Notes under the pieces: generated by a model
Told to the model about the DNA's origin: nothing
The model's database searches: none
Seen by the model: only the letters and a program-made list of their open reading frames with translations
In this document: positions 9,141 to 18,602 of the stretch, one piece after another
Layout: every line of letters starts with the position of its first letter
Position numbering within the stretch: position 1 is the stretch's first letter
Translations under genes and position numbers: made by a program
DNA from: an uncultured Desulfobacter sp.
Lineage (GTDB): Bacteria > Desulfobacterota > Desulfobacteria > Desulfobacterales > Desulfobacteraceae
Direction of reading: 5' to 3'
NCBI GenBank assembly: GCA_963666675.1
Contig: OY762929.1
Coordinates: forward strand, 2,300,544 to 2,364,543
DNA length: 64,000 bases

Positions 9141-10169
9141 TCAGGCCGGGACAGCGGCTGCCGCTTGCCGGCGCGCGATATTCAGCTTATCGAGCAGGCG
9201 GCCTAGGGCTTTGGGGGTGATGGACTGATGTCCGTCCACCCAGGCATTATCCGGATCATTGTGGACCTCAATTTCAAGGCCGTCGGCCCCGCATGCCATG
9301 GCGGCCAGGGACATGGGTTCAATCAGGCTGCGGCGGCCCGTGGCGTGGGACGGATCCACAACCACCGGCAAGAGGCTGCGCTGCTTAACCAGGGAAACCA
9401 CGCCCAGATCTAAAGTGTTCCGGGTGGCGGTCTCAAAGGTTTTAATTCCCCGTTCACACAGGATCACCCGGCGGTTGCCCCGGCTTAAAATATATTCGGC
9501 CCCCAGAAGCCACTCTTTCATGGCTGCGGCCATGCCGCGCTTGAGCAGCACCGGCGTGTTGCTTTTTCCCAATTCTTCGAGAAAGGCGTAATGAAACATG
9601 TTTCGGGTTCCCACCTGGAGGATGTCGGCCACTTCCGACACCTCGTCAATTTTCCCGGTACTCATCACCTCGGTGACAATTTTAAGGCCGAATTCACGTT
9701 TGATCCGGTTCAAAATTTCCAGTCCGTCCTTTTTAAGCCCCTGGAATCCGTAGGGGCTGGTCCGGGGTTTATAGGCCCCGCCCCGCATATATTTTATGCC
9801 TAATTCGCTCAGATCCTGGGCGATGGCGGCTGTCCGGTCCCAGGTCTCCACGGCACACGGGCCGGCGATGATCAGGGGGGCGCACCCGTCTCCGATGCGT
9901 TCCCCCGCCGGATCATCATCCCGGCCAAGGGCCACCCAGGGGGGGATGGCCATCAATTTTCTGCAACTTAAGGGGTAGGGCGGGACATCATCGACCACTT
10001 CCCGGACAAAATCAAGGGCCAGAAAATCCTGGCCGTGAATGCAATCATTGACCCTGACAAAGCATGTATCCGAGATTCTTTCGGCTTCCGGGCAGATTTT
10101 TTTTAAAATAGTTATTTCATGCTGCTGTTGACTAAGGTCCGGGGTAGCGGAAAGTCTTAGGATATTCAT
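9141..10169 (-). CDS. 3-deoxy-7-phosphoheptulonate (DAHP) synthase, type I-beta (KDO8PS-like) with N-terminal ferredoxin-like regulatory domain
   Basis: 342 aa. Catalytic region AGPCAVE...KPRTSPY.FQG...VDPSH..G is characteristic of Thermotoga/Bacillus-type DAHPS. About 90-aa N-terminal extension. Confidence 0.8.
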   Translation of the reverse strand: MNILRLSATPDLSQQQHEITILKKICPEAERISDTCFVRVNDCIHGQDFLALDFVREVVDDVPPYPLSCRKLMAIPPWVALGRDDDPAGERIGDGCAPLIIAGPCAVETWDRTAAIAQDLSELGIKYMRGGAYKPRTSPYGFQGLKKDGLEILNRIKREFGLKIVTEVMSTGKIDEVSEVADILQVGTRNMFHYAFLEELGKSNTPVLLKRGMAAAMKEWLLGAEYILSRGNRRVILCERGIKTFETATRNTLDLGVVSLVKQRSLLPVVVDPSHATGRRSLIEPMSLAAMACGADGLEIEVHNDPDNAWVDGHQSITPKALGRLLDKLNIARRQAAAAVPA

Positions 10170-10204
10170 TGTGCCTCCATTTCCTTTAAAAATCCGTTTT
10201 TTTG

Positions 10205-11371
10205 TTAAAAATCATTAAACTGGGGATTAGACACCGGCATTACAGCCATGCACTCCATTTCGATCAGCCATTCCGGACGGCATACCGGGGCCAGAACGAT
10301 GATCCGGGGAATATCGGGATAGTGTTCCCGGAAAAATGTATCCACCACCGTACGATCGGACACGTCCCTGAGATACACGATCAGATGACGGACATGCGCC
10401 ATGTCTGCGCCGGCTTCGGCAAGCAGGGCCTGGATATTGTCCAGGGTGCGCCGGGTCTGTTTTGCGACATTGCCCTTGTGAACCACCTGGCCGTAACGGT
10501 CGATGCTGGCGGTGCCGGAAATAAAAATATGGCGGCGGTCCCCGTAATCCACGCTGGTTCCCCGTTCAAACGTGACCCCGTATTCGTGGGTGGGATTGAG
10601 CATGTCAGGGGCCTTCAGGTGCCTGATCTGGCCAGGGTGAAGGCCTGAAATACTGTATGCATCCATTAGAACACTGGTGCCCGGGTCTGCATACCGCCCC
10701 TCAATGCCGGTGCTGGCAATGTAATGGGTCTCGGGCGTCATGCCCAGTGTTTCAAAATATTTTCGCCGGGCATCCACCACCCCCTGGTAATTGAAATCCA
10801 CATCCTTGACAAACAGCCAGGTGCGGATACAGTTCGATTGAAGGCTCATGCCGTCTTTTTCCAGAAGGGTCTGGTAGGATTTGAACACGGTATCGGTTTG
10901 TTCATAGCTGCCATGGGCCCCGTTGGTGTTCATCAATCCGGCAGTCCAGCAGTGCGCGTACCCGTTGCGGGATAACACTGTTGCATCGACGCCGTTGAAC
11001 TGTTTTTTCCCGATACCGGCATCAGAGCATTTGACCAGATAGACCCAGGCCGCAACCTTTTGTCCGGTCAGGGGCGGCTGCTGCACCACAGACAGGGCGC
11101 ATTCGGCCAGACGACCGTTAAATGTCTCCCGCACCGATGGGACCAGGTCTGTCTGGTTGGCGTAGTCACTGACAAAAAAACGTATGAATACGGGCACTGG
11201 CGCAATGCCCCAGGAAGGGGTTATAAAATCATCAAGACCATTGAGCAGTTCAGACAATTGCTGTTTGTATGGCTGCAGGGCCTGGGGGGTAATTAAAAGA
11301 TGAATTTCATCAACACCGTTGTTTGAAAATACGGAATATTCAAGTTGGGTGCTGCCATGGTGGTATTTCAT
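10205..11371 (-). CDS. two-domain protein with C-terminal (and probably internal) RidA/YjgF/chorismate-mutase-like domains
   Basis: 388 aa. C-terminal HIFISGTASIDRYGQVVHKGNVAKQTRRTLDNIQALLAEAGADMAHVRHLIVYLRD is a canonical RidA/YjgF signature. The middle segment (NCIRTWLFVKDVDFNYQGVVDARRKYF) resembles a second YjgF-like domain. Confidence 0.55.
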   Translation of the reverse strand: MKYHHGSTQLEYSVFSNNGVDEIHLLITPQALQPYKQQLSELLNGLDDFITPSWGIAPVPVFIRFFVSDYANQTDLVPSVRETFNGRLAECALSVVQQPPLTGQKVAAWVYLVKCSDAGIGKKQFNGVDATVLSRNGYAHCWTAGLMNTNGAHGSYEQTDTVFKSYQTLLEKDGMSLQSNCIRTWLFVKDVDFNYQGVVDARRKYFETLGMTPETHYIASTGIEGRYADPGTSVLMDAYSISGLHPGQIRHLKAPDMLNPTHEYGVTFERGTSVDYGDRRHIFISGTASIDRYGQVVHKGNVAKQTRRTLDNIQALLAEAGADMAHVRHLIVYLRDVSDRTVVDTFFREHYPDIPRIIVLAPVCRPEWLIEMECMAVMPVSNPQFNDF

Positions 11372-11384
11372 ACTGTCTCCTTTT

Positions 11385-11690
11385 TATATGAAAGTCTCAG
11401 TAAGCCACTGAGTTCTTTCAACCTTCGTTGTGGGCTGTCCTTCAGTGCTGATATGTCAGGTCAGCCCATGGCTGTTTATATGAAAGACTGGGTAAGTTAC
11501 TCAGGTCTTTTAAACTTTGTTTTGGGCTGAGCCTGGCAGTTGATATGTCCTGTCGGCCCATGGCCGTTATTACATCTAAATCTTATAAATAAGTAACGAC
11601 AGGTGGCTCAGGTTACTTTCATATTTTGGTTTGGGCTGACCTGGCAATAGACGTATGCCTGATCAGCCCAGGGCTGTAGTGGTATTAAAC
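11385..11690. repeat. three tandem degenerate copies (~92 bp each) of a dispersed intergenic REP/MITE-like repeat (stem ctcagtaagccactgag; core GTCAGGTCaGCCCATGGC)
   Basis: Direct reading. Units begin at about 11385, 11477 and 11575. The same unit recurs at 27570..27654, and a half-unit at 58490..58545. Confidence 0.6.
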
Positions 11691-11723
11691 CGCACAAATT
11701 ATATCTGTTACATCAACGACTAC

Positions 11724-11739
11724 CGTGACGAGCATCACA
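11724..11739. promoter_or_regulatory. near-perfect CRP-type site cGTGAcgagcaTCACA upstream of VKOR-DsbA gene
   Basis: 9/10 consensus positions. About 95 bp upstream of the ATG at 11828. Confidence 0.35.
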
Positions 11740-11827
11740 TTTTTTAAAAAATATAATGACTATATAAGAATAAAAGCTTAAAGGGCTTAATTTAGTTGGT
11801 AGTAACTTTTAATGGATATTTGAATCG

Positions 11828-13282
11828 TTGAAACAAAACGCAGTTAAAAAAAAAATTGTCGGCATCATTATTATTCTCGGGGCGGTAACCGCCATTTTGT
11901 CTACCCTGGAAACCCGGGTGGCATGGATTTCTTCATTTTGCGGTGTACTGGGAGACGGGTGCAGGGAGACCGTTCAGTACAGCATACTCAATATTGGCGT
12001 TTCGTACTGGGGTGTCGCCTTTTATGCCTTTTTAGGAATGCTTTATCTGTTTCGTCCAACCTGGCTTTTCTTTGCTGTGATGGCCGGGTGCGGCGTGGAA
12101 ACCGTAATGGTGATCCTGTTGATTCAGATGAAACTTGTATGCATTTTGTGTCTTATGAACCTGGCCTGGATGCTGCTGCTTCTATACTGTTTTTTTGATT
12201 TTAAACGATTTTCCCAGATGCTTTGTGTCTGGCTTGTTTTTTATGTGTCCGGCGGCGGCATGGTCAGGCCGCCGGACACCGGGCATGACCCCGGCGGATC
12301 CTGTCATGAATCACCACAAATCATGGCCCGGGTGGGCGGTACCGACATCACACGGCAGCAGGTGGAACAACCCCTGACCACCAAGCTGTACAAGATGCAG
12401 AGTGACATCTACAGGGTCAAACATACGGCGTTGGAAAACCGGATTAACCAGGTGCTGCTTGAAAAAGATGCCCGGGAAAAGGGAATTTCAGTCCAGGCAC
12501 TCAAAGACCGGCTGGTGGCTGAATTGCCGGCCGTGAAGGCGGCTGCTGTTGATTTTTATTTTAAAACCGGGATCTACAAACGCTGGGGAAGTTGGCGGGG
12601 AAGCGAAGCTGAAACCCGGGAAAAGATAAGGCTGTACCTGAGGTTAAGTGCCGAAGAAGAGAAGATTTTGGCCCATTGCCAAACGTTAAGACAGCGATAT
12701 CCTGTCACCGTTTTTCTAGAAAAACCGTCCCTGCCCATGACCCGGGTCTCCATTGACGGATGCCCGTCAACCGGACCTGATCATGCAACGGTCATTGTGG
12801 TGGAGGTGTCAGACTACCTGTGCCCCATGTGCCGTAAGGGGCATGATACACTGGAACGAGTCCGCCAGGCCTACAAGGAAAAAATTAAATGGGTGTTTAA
12901 GGCGAATCCATTGGAGAGCATTCACCCCGGGGCAACCGATGTGGCCCTGGCCGGACGGTGTGCCGGAGAACAGGGCAAATTCTGGGAATTTCACCAGATG
13001 CTTTTCAGCGGTAAAAAGCCTGGCGTAGATGATGCCAGGAAGTATGCAAAACAACTTGGGCTTGATATGGGCACATTCGACGCATGCCTGGCCGATGCCA
13101 ACAAAAAAGAGCAGTTTGGCAATGATAGAGAAAAGCTTCGCAAGGCAGGTGTCACCTCAACGCCGACACTGATCATTAACGGTAAAGTCCAGGTGGGCGT
13201 TCCTTCCTATGAGGCCCTTTGCCAAATGATTGATCAGGCGTTAAATGAAAGCGCAAAGACAACAGGTGGGATACCGCAATAA
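11828..13282 (+). CDS. VKOR (vitamin K epoxide reductase-like) membrane domain fused to periplasmic DsbA-like thioredoxin-fold domain (disulfide bond formation)
   Basis: N-terminal multi-TM region with paired cysteines (CGVLGDGC loop; CILCLM CxxC in a TM helix). C-terminal thioredoxin-like domain with a CPMC active-site motif (VSDYLCPMCRKGHD). Confidence 0.65.
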   Translation: MKQNAVKKKIVGIIIILGAVTAILSTLETRVAWISSFCGVLGDGCRETVQYSILNIGVSYWGVAFYAFLGMLYLFRPTWLFFAVMAGCGVETVMVILLIQMKLVCILCLMNLAWMLLLLYCFFDFKRFSQMLCVWLVFYVSGGGMVRPPDTGHDPGGSCHESPQIMARVGGTDITRQQVEQPLTTKLYKMQSDIYRVKHTALENRINQVLLEKDAREKGISVQALKDRLVAELPAVKAAAVDFYFKTGIYKRWGSWRGSEAETREKIRLYLRLSAEEEKILAHCQTLRQRYPVTVFLEKPSLPMTRVSIDGCPSTGPDHATVIVVEVSDYLCPMCRKGHDTLERVRQAYKEKIKWVFKANPLESIHPGATDVALAGRCAGEQGKFWEFHQMLFSGKKPGVDDARKYAKQLGLDMGTFDACLADANKKEQFGNDREKLRKAGVTSTPTLIINGKVQVGVPSYEALCQMIDQALNESAKTTGGIPQ

Positions 13283-13295
13283 AAAAAGTCTTGTG

Positions 13296-13868
13296 TTATT
13301 CGGCCAGCGGGAGTACCCGGGTGATCTTCATCCGGGTGACCCGGACGCCTTTGGTCTTCTGCTCTTTGGGGGTGGCGGGTTTCAACTGGGACAGGATCAG
13401 GCGCTCTCCAAATTCCCGGCATAATGTCCCGCCTGCTCCAGGCTGCGGTCTGCAGCGCTTTGCGTACACGGTTATAAAAGCCTGGCCGGTCCGGTCAATG
13501 TTTTGACGGGTCTGGTTATGGGCCAGGGCAAACCGGATAATGTTCTCGGATTCCAGAATGGGGTAAATCAGGGTGGCGTGGGGAGATCCATCGGGGTTGA
13601 CGGTTCCCACTACAGCCCCGGTAATATGTTTGCTCAGCCAATTGGCGAGGGTGGCGGAATCAACCGTAACGGTCTTATTATAGCCCAGTTCCGTGGCGCC
13701 GCTGACGGCATCCACTTCATCTGCGGCATAGACCTGGCCGGGTATGGCCATAATGAAAACGCCGGCACATAGACCGGCTGCGACCAGCAGTGGTTTGAGT
13801 ACCAGCACAAATTTGCGTATCAGTATAGATTTGAGTAATTGATAAGAAAGCTTCCAGCGGGCAACCAT
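13296..13868 (-). CDS. hypothetical exported protein
   Basis: 190-aa ORF with hydrophobic signal-like N-terminus (LVAAGLCAGVFIMAIPGQVYAADE). No confident motif. Confidence 0.35.
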   Translation of the reverse strand: MVARWKLSYQLLKSILIRKFVLVLKPLLVAAGLCAGVFIMAIPGQVYAADEVDAVSGATELGYNKTVTVDSATLANWLSKHITGAVVGTVNPDGSPHATLIYPILESENIIRFALAHNQTRQNIDRTGQAFITVYAKRCRPQPGAGGTLCREFGERLILSQLKPATPKEQKTKGVRVTRMKITRVLPLAE

Positions 13869-14013
13869 ATTTTTTTTAACTTTGTTTTGGACCCAAGCCT
13901 GGATGCAAGCACGATAGATATAGCCCGGGCCTGGTGGTTTTTAAAATTTGGATACATCGGGAGGAATGAGGAACAACACCCCGGACACGTCCGGGGTGTT
14001 GTTGTTTTGTTTA

Positions 14014-15525
14014 TCAAATGGCCCTCAGGAATTTGATCACAGCCTCACGGTCCTTTTTAGACAGCTTGCGGAACGCTTCGCGGGACTCTTCACCTTCCCC
14101 GAAGTGCCAGAGAATGGCACCCTCGAAGTCACGTGCCCGCTGGTCATGCCACATGTCGGTATGGTCGGCCACGGTGTGGATCATCTGGCGGGCCCACAGG
14201 GGCATGGTCCTGAATGTTTTGCGAAATCCATGGTTCATCTCACCCATATCGTGCATCAGCAGATCGGTATAGGGCCATATTTTCTGGTTGGCATAGGCCG
14301 GGATATACGGGGATTTTGTGCCGGTGGTCCAGCTGGGCTTATGGCATTCGTTGCAGCCGATTTCATAAAATTTTTGTTTGCCGCGCTGTACCATGGGGTC
14401 ATTGAGATTTCTGGCTGCGGGGACGCCTAACCCACGCATCCATATCATGAGACTGTCCCGGTCCTCGTCAGACACCTCCACGGGCTGGTGGGCGGAGAGC
14501 AGTGCGGTATCAAAGCCGAGTTCCCCTTGTTTATCGATCCACTCCTGGGTGGCGAACAGGGCGGGTTTATCCGTACGGGTCAGGTTGGCCACACTCCAGG
14601 CCCCATTGAATCCGGGTCCGTTCTGCAGGGTAGCGCGGGTGCAGTGTGTGGTGAATTTACCCAGATGTTTTTCCCCGTCATGGGGTTCGACAATCCAGCG
14701 GCCGTGCTGGCCTTTAATGGGGCCCGGCAGTGCCTGCTGGCGGTTATATTCTTCAATGATATCCTCATCCGGAATCACATCAAGCAGCCCTGCGCCGAAA
14801 ATACCGATGGTGCCCTCAAGATCGGCCCTTGTTCCTTCGGGCAGGGGGAAAAGCGACCCCACCACCTCGGTGACCGGATAGATCAGTGTGCCCTCGTAAG
14901 GCTTGCCTTCATTATACGGGGTGCCATCGGGGTATTTATTGCCGTATTGGTCCGTGTAATTTTTCCAGCTGATTTTTATATCCTGGGCCGGGGGCTGGTA
15001 CGGCGGGGTGGCCATGGTCTGGGCCATGAATTTGAACCCATTGATCAGTTTGCCGTCCTTGTGGATCAGCACCAGGTAACCGTTGCCCCACTGCTCGGTC
15101 TTGAACTTGCTGACCCGGCGGGCCCGTGCATAATTGGGATGGCAGTTCTGGCAGGAGGAGTTATTGTACACCGGTCCAAGGCCGCCGAAGGGCGCGTCCG
15201 GATCAGTGACAAAATCGGCTTCAAAGATCGACTCGCCGGCACCAAACTTTTCAGACAGTTCCGGATCTGCGTTAATGGCCGGAGACGGCATTTCAAGACA
15301 TCGGGTGGTGGTGACAAATACCGTCCCCATCCTGCCGCCGGTATAATATTCTTCGGAAACATCGGGGGGATCTCCGCCCACAGCAATATGGGCCCACGCC
15401 CCGGAGGTCAATACGCATATAAAAATACCCGCCGAGCCGAGAAGGCCAAGCCCCCAAAGCATAGTTTTAATCTTTTTTTTATGCACTTTTTTAGAAAAAC
15501 CCTCGTTGTTTATATTCATTTTCAT
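14014..15525 (-). CDS. di-haem cytochrome c, DUF1111/thiol-oxidoreductase-like (start placed at MKMNINNEG...; the longer ORF overlaps the upstream gene)
   Basis: Two CxxCH haem-binding motifs (CQNCH, CNECH) and a signal peptide. Conserved partner of imelysin genes. Confidence 0.6.
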   Translation of the reverse strand: MKMNINNEGFSKKVHKKKIKTMLWGLGLLGSAGIFICVLTSGAWAHIAVGGDPPDVSEEYYTGGRMGTVFVTTTRCLEMPSPAINADPELSEKFGAGESIFEADFVTDPDAPFGGLGPVYNNSSCQNCHPNYARARRVSKFKTEQWGNGYLVLIHKDGKLINGFKFMAQTMATPPYQPPAQDIKISWKNYTDQYGNKYPDGTPYNEGKPYEGTLIYPVTEVVGSLFPLPEGTRADLEGTIGIFGAGLLDVIPDEDIIEEYNRQQALPGPIKGQHGRWIVEPHDGEKHLGKFTTHCTRATLQNGPGFNGAWSVANLTRTDKPALFATQEWIDKQGELGFDTALLSAHQPVEVSDEDRDSLMIWMRGLGVPAARNLNDPMVQRGKQKFYEIGCNECHKPSWTTGTKSPYIPAYANQKIWPYTDLLMHDMGEMNHGFRKTFRTMPLWARQMIHTVADHTDMWHDQRARDFEGAILWHFGEGEESREAFRKLSKKDREAVIKFLRAI

Positions 15526-15571
15526 ATTGTCTTTCCCTGTTATCTGTGAGGAAGTTGGCTGCGGCACAGGT

Positions 15572-16759
15572 TTATTTGTCCACGTATTTAAGATCACTGC
15601 CGTAACATGCAAAGGGCTCAAGGGCCGGATCGATGGCAACCAGTGCCGTAGCAGCAGTCAGTGTTGTTGCAAGCCTGTCTAACTGTTTTATAGCAAGTTT
15701 TATGGTTTGTTTTCTATTTTTCGGTGCTGCCTTTTTTATGGCATCTATGCGCTGGGAAAGGTAAATGATGTTGGTGCGGATATGGTCGGCCAGCACCTTG
15801 TCCTTTCCCGCCACAAGATCATAAAAGCAAGGCTTGGCAGATTCACCGGTGATGCTGCAAGCATAGGCATTGTCAATGCCTTTGAGCATGCCTTGAAGAT
15901 CCTGGCAGGGATCAATGCTTTCCCAATAATTTAAATCCCCTTGTTTTCGATCAATCAGATCTTCTTCAAAAATGGCCAGCATATCCTCAATAACGCTGGA
16001 GTCTTCCTGAAACTGCTCCTGAATGGGAATGGAGATGCTAAAGTAACGGCTCTTTTCAAGGCCCGGGTGGTTGACCTCCCAGGCAAAGGAGCTGCGAAAG
16101 GGTCTCTGGGCGTCGGAGAGCATTTTGCGCTGGTCGGCGGGCATATTATCCGTGCCCACCCAGCTGGCCAGAAAATCCAGTCCGCTTAATTTCATCTCTG
16201 CGGCGATGGCTGATAAATAGGCCAGTTGGGTATCGCTTAAATCATCAGGGCTGCGCGGGATTCCCCGGTTAAAGAGCAGGTACTGGGCCGCATAAAGCCC
16301 CCGGGTTGAGGCCGGCTGATCGCGCAGCGCCTGGGCTGTTGCCTGTTTTTTGCCCTGGTTTATCTCTTCTATGGCATGTTCTAACAAAATTTTATCCACA
16401 GGCCATATGGCCAGTTGTTTGTGAAAGGCAAACAACGCCGCAGGGCCATACATAAATATCTGGGACTGCATATAATCGTCCCGGATGGCTTTCCAGTCCG
16501 CCACGACGTTATCGAACGCCGCCTGGCTCCTGCTTTTATCAAGTTCTCTGGCGGATGTTTCAAAATTATATATATGGCCGCACATCTTTTGAATCGTTTC
16601 GATAACCACCTGGTCTACATAACTTGCCAATGCGTCTTGTGCCTTTTTTTTGAATAGATAGTTATCCAGTTGTGTCTTGTAATTGCCCTTGAAAAATGCA
16701 AGGCCTGAAACGGTCAGCAACACTAGACACATGCCGCCTGCAATAATGATTTTCTTCAT
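15572..16759 (-). CDS. imelysin (peptidase M75)-like lipoprotein/iron-regulated protein
   Basis: 395 aa, signal peptide. Sequence type and the imelysin-DUF1111-imelysin gene order are characteristic. Confidence 0.5.
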   Translation of the reverse strand: MKKIIIAGGMCLVLLTVSGLAFFKGNYKTQLDNYLFKKKAQDALASYVDQVVIETIQKMCGHIYNFETSARELDKSRSQAAFDNVVADWKAIRDDYMQSQIFMYGPAALFAFHKQLAIWPVDKILLEHAIEEINQGKKQATAQALRDQPASTRGLYAAQYLLFNRGIPRSPDDLSDTQLAYLSAIAAEMKLSGLDFLASWVGTDNMPADQRKMLSDAQRPFRSSFAWEVNHPGLEKSRYFSISIPIQEQFQEDSSVIEDMLAIFEEDLIDRKQGDLNYWESIDPCQDLQGMLKGIDNAYACSITGESAKPCFYDLVAGKDKVLADHIRTNIIYLSQRIDAIKKAAPKNRKQTIKLAIKQLDRLATTLTAATALVAIDPALEPFACYGSDLKYVDK

Positions 16760-16840
16760 AGTTTCTCCTGATTGTCTCTACTGTTCTCCGGGGGCATCCT
16801 TAAAAACGGCCGGGTAGGGGGTATTATGAATTCTTAATCC

Positions 16841-17923
16841 CTATTGCCTGAGCATTTGGGCCTCAAGGCCTTTTTTCACATCAAGCTCAAGTGTCATGGC
16901 CGCTTCGGCAATCATATCTTCCAGCTTGGACATATCCTTATAAACTCCCTTCAGGGCAGATGGCTTTTTCTTAATAACGGTATAAAGGGGCTCTTTTTTG
17001 TTTTTGAGCTTTTCAAGGTTTTTATCCAGCCGCTGGATCTGTTTTCGGATATCCTTGGCAAGGCCCGGATCTTTTTCATGGGCAATGCCGTCCCGGGTGG
17101 CCAGAAGGTTTAAAAGGCCATGGGTGCCATCGCCAATCATCACCGAAGCGACGCCTTGGGCTATGGCCTGTAACCCTTCAAGTGAGGTTTTGCTGTATGG
17201 GGCGTCAAGCAGGTCGGGCCGGGCCGGGCCATTGTTGAAATTGGTTGGGAAACCAATGCGCTCTCGAACGGTATCCTCTATGATGTTCATTGTCTGGGCC
17301 ACAACCTGGCTTAATGCCTCGTTGGGATTCAGGTAGGGTTGGCCATTGCCTGCATTGAGAAATGCCTCCCGATAATCCTGGTCCCATTGGGTTTTGGCCC
17401 GGGTCAGGCGGGCTGTGATTTCAGCCGTGATATCGGTCAGATGCAGGCAGCGCTCATTGGCGACCGCTTCCTGGCTGTCCTGGCTGGCAAAAAGAAGATA
17501 CTCCACAGCCGTGTATCCACGGACATCGTTGCCTTGGCGCATTCCGGCAAATTCGTTAGAAGCCACCACGGCCTCAAGTACGGTGGCATTGCATGGTTTA
17601 CCGATACGATCAGCCATATGGCCGGCTGGTCCGATCAGGTATGGCAGCGTTTTATTCCATGCCACCCAGGCATTTTTCCATGACGCTCTGGCCGCAGTCA
17701 GGCTTTGATCTGAGTGCTCACTGCACAAGTGTTTTACAGCCGCTTCAAGGGCCTGGGCTGTTGTAATTGCATCATTCCAGTGACTGTCAATGCCCTGGAT
17801 GGTCATGTTTTCAAGAACCTGGCTGTCACTGGTTTCGGCCAATGCCGCCGGTGCAATGGTGAGAAAGGTGCTAAATGCCATCAGACCGACAGCGGCCATG
17901 GCAATACGAAGTTTAGGTTTCAT
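16841..17923 (-). CDS. imelysin-like (IrpA-like) periplasmic protein
   Basis: 360 aa, signal peptide (AALAETSD). Paralogous organisation with the 15572..16759 gene. Confidence 0.5.
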   Translation of the reverse strand: MKPKLRIAMAAVGLMAFSTFLTIAPAALAETSDSQVLENMTIQGIDSHWNDAITTAQALEAAVKHLCSEHSDQSLTAARASWKNAWVAWNKTLPYLIGPAGHMADRIGKPCNATVLEAVVASNEFAGMRQGNDVRGYTAVEYLLFASQDSQEAVANERCLHLTDITAEITARLTRAKTQWDQDYREAFLNAGNGQPYLNPNEALSQVVAQTMNIIEDTVRERIGFPTNFNNGPARPDLLDAPYSKTSLEGLQAIAQGVASVMIGDGTHGLLNLLATRDGIAHEKDPGLAKDIRKQIQRLDKNLEKLKNKKEPLYTVIKKKPSALKGVYKDMSKLEDMIAEAAMTLELDVKKGLEAQMLRQ

Positions 17924-18023
17924 AATCCCCCTTTGGTTTCAATATTTTTTGATAGAGCTAACTTCTTTTGGGTTGTCTTTCTTCAAAGCGATTTGAATAT
18001 AAAAGGAAACAACCCCGCTTTTC

Positions 18024-18039
18024 TGTGATCAGCGTCACA
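18024..18039. promoter_or_regulatory. perfect CRP-type palindrome TGTGAtcagcgTCACA about 100 bp upstream of imelysin operon start
   Basis: Sequence tgtgatcagcgtcaca read directly. Confidence 0.5.
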
Positions 18040-18075
18040 GTCAGCTAAAATATTGAATAGTGGTGTCACCCTGTG

Positions 18076-18495
18076 TTAACCGGTTCCTTTATCATCCCGG
18101 CGGCGGCCTTTGCCGGTTCTCCTGTCCACAAGGGTCCTGCGTTCCAGTTTAAAGTTCCTGGGAACATACCCTTTGCGCCTTGGGTTGGTATAGTCTCTTC
18201 GGTCTTTACCGCCGCGACGCTCGGGTTGGCCGCTGATCTCTTCCCAGGCGCTGCCTGTGGCCGTATCAATGATTCGGTAGCGATCCTGCGCCCACGCCTT
18301 TTCAGGGCATGGAATATAAAACCGGTATTCCCTGCCACATTGCAGGCGAACCTCCTTGATATTTCTTTTCATCAGACAGATATTCACAGTTATATCTGCA
18401 TATCCGTCATGGGTTATCATTTCCTGGTACAGGTTGATAAATTTGTTTAAAAAAGCCAGATTGGGGTCTGTTCTGTTTTCGGTGTGCTCAGTCAT
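18076..18495 (-). CDS. small protein of unknown function with Arg-rich C-terminal tail; paralog of 7700..8014
   Basis: 139 aa. Conserved LYQEMITHDGY...EVRLQCGREYRF core. C-terminal RRGGKDRRDYTNPRRKGYVPRNFKLERRTLVDRRTGKGRRRDDKG is highly basic. Confidence 0.4.
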   Translation of the reverse strand: MTEHTENRTDPNLAFLNKFINLYQEMITHDGYADITVNICLMKRNIKEVRLQCGREYRFYIPCPEKAWAQDRYRIIDTATGSAWEEISGQPERRGGKDRRDYTNPRRKGYVPRNFKLERRTLVDRRTGKGRRRDDKGTG

Positions 18496-18602
18496 TGTTA
18501 AATGCCGGTTTATAAACGTTAATGGTTTAAAAAAGTTTGCTGTACAATTTTTTTTGTTATTTATTAAAATTTTTTAAGGTTAACTTATTTTGAACTATTT
18601 TT

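Noticed and set aside
13966-14010. Hairpin aacaacaccccggacacgtccggggtgttgtt + T-run as terminator
   Set aside because: Oriented on the plus strand with no plus-strand gene upstream. It may be a bidirectional stabiliser for the convergent minus genes, but I could not assign it confidently.
14488-15549. 353-aa plus-strand ORF
   Set aside because: Antisense to the di-haem cytochrome gene, which has CxxCH motifs and a signal peptide. Low-complexity G/A/R-rich translation.
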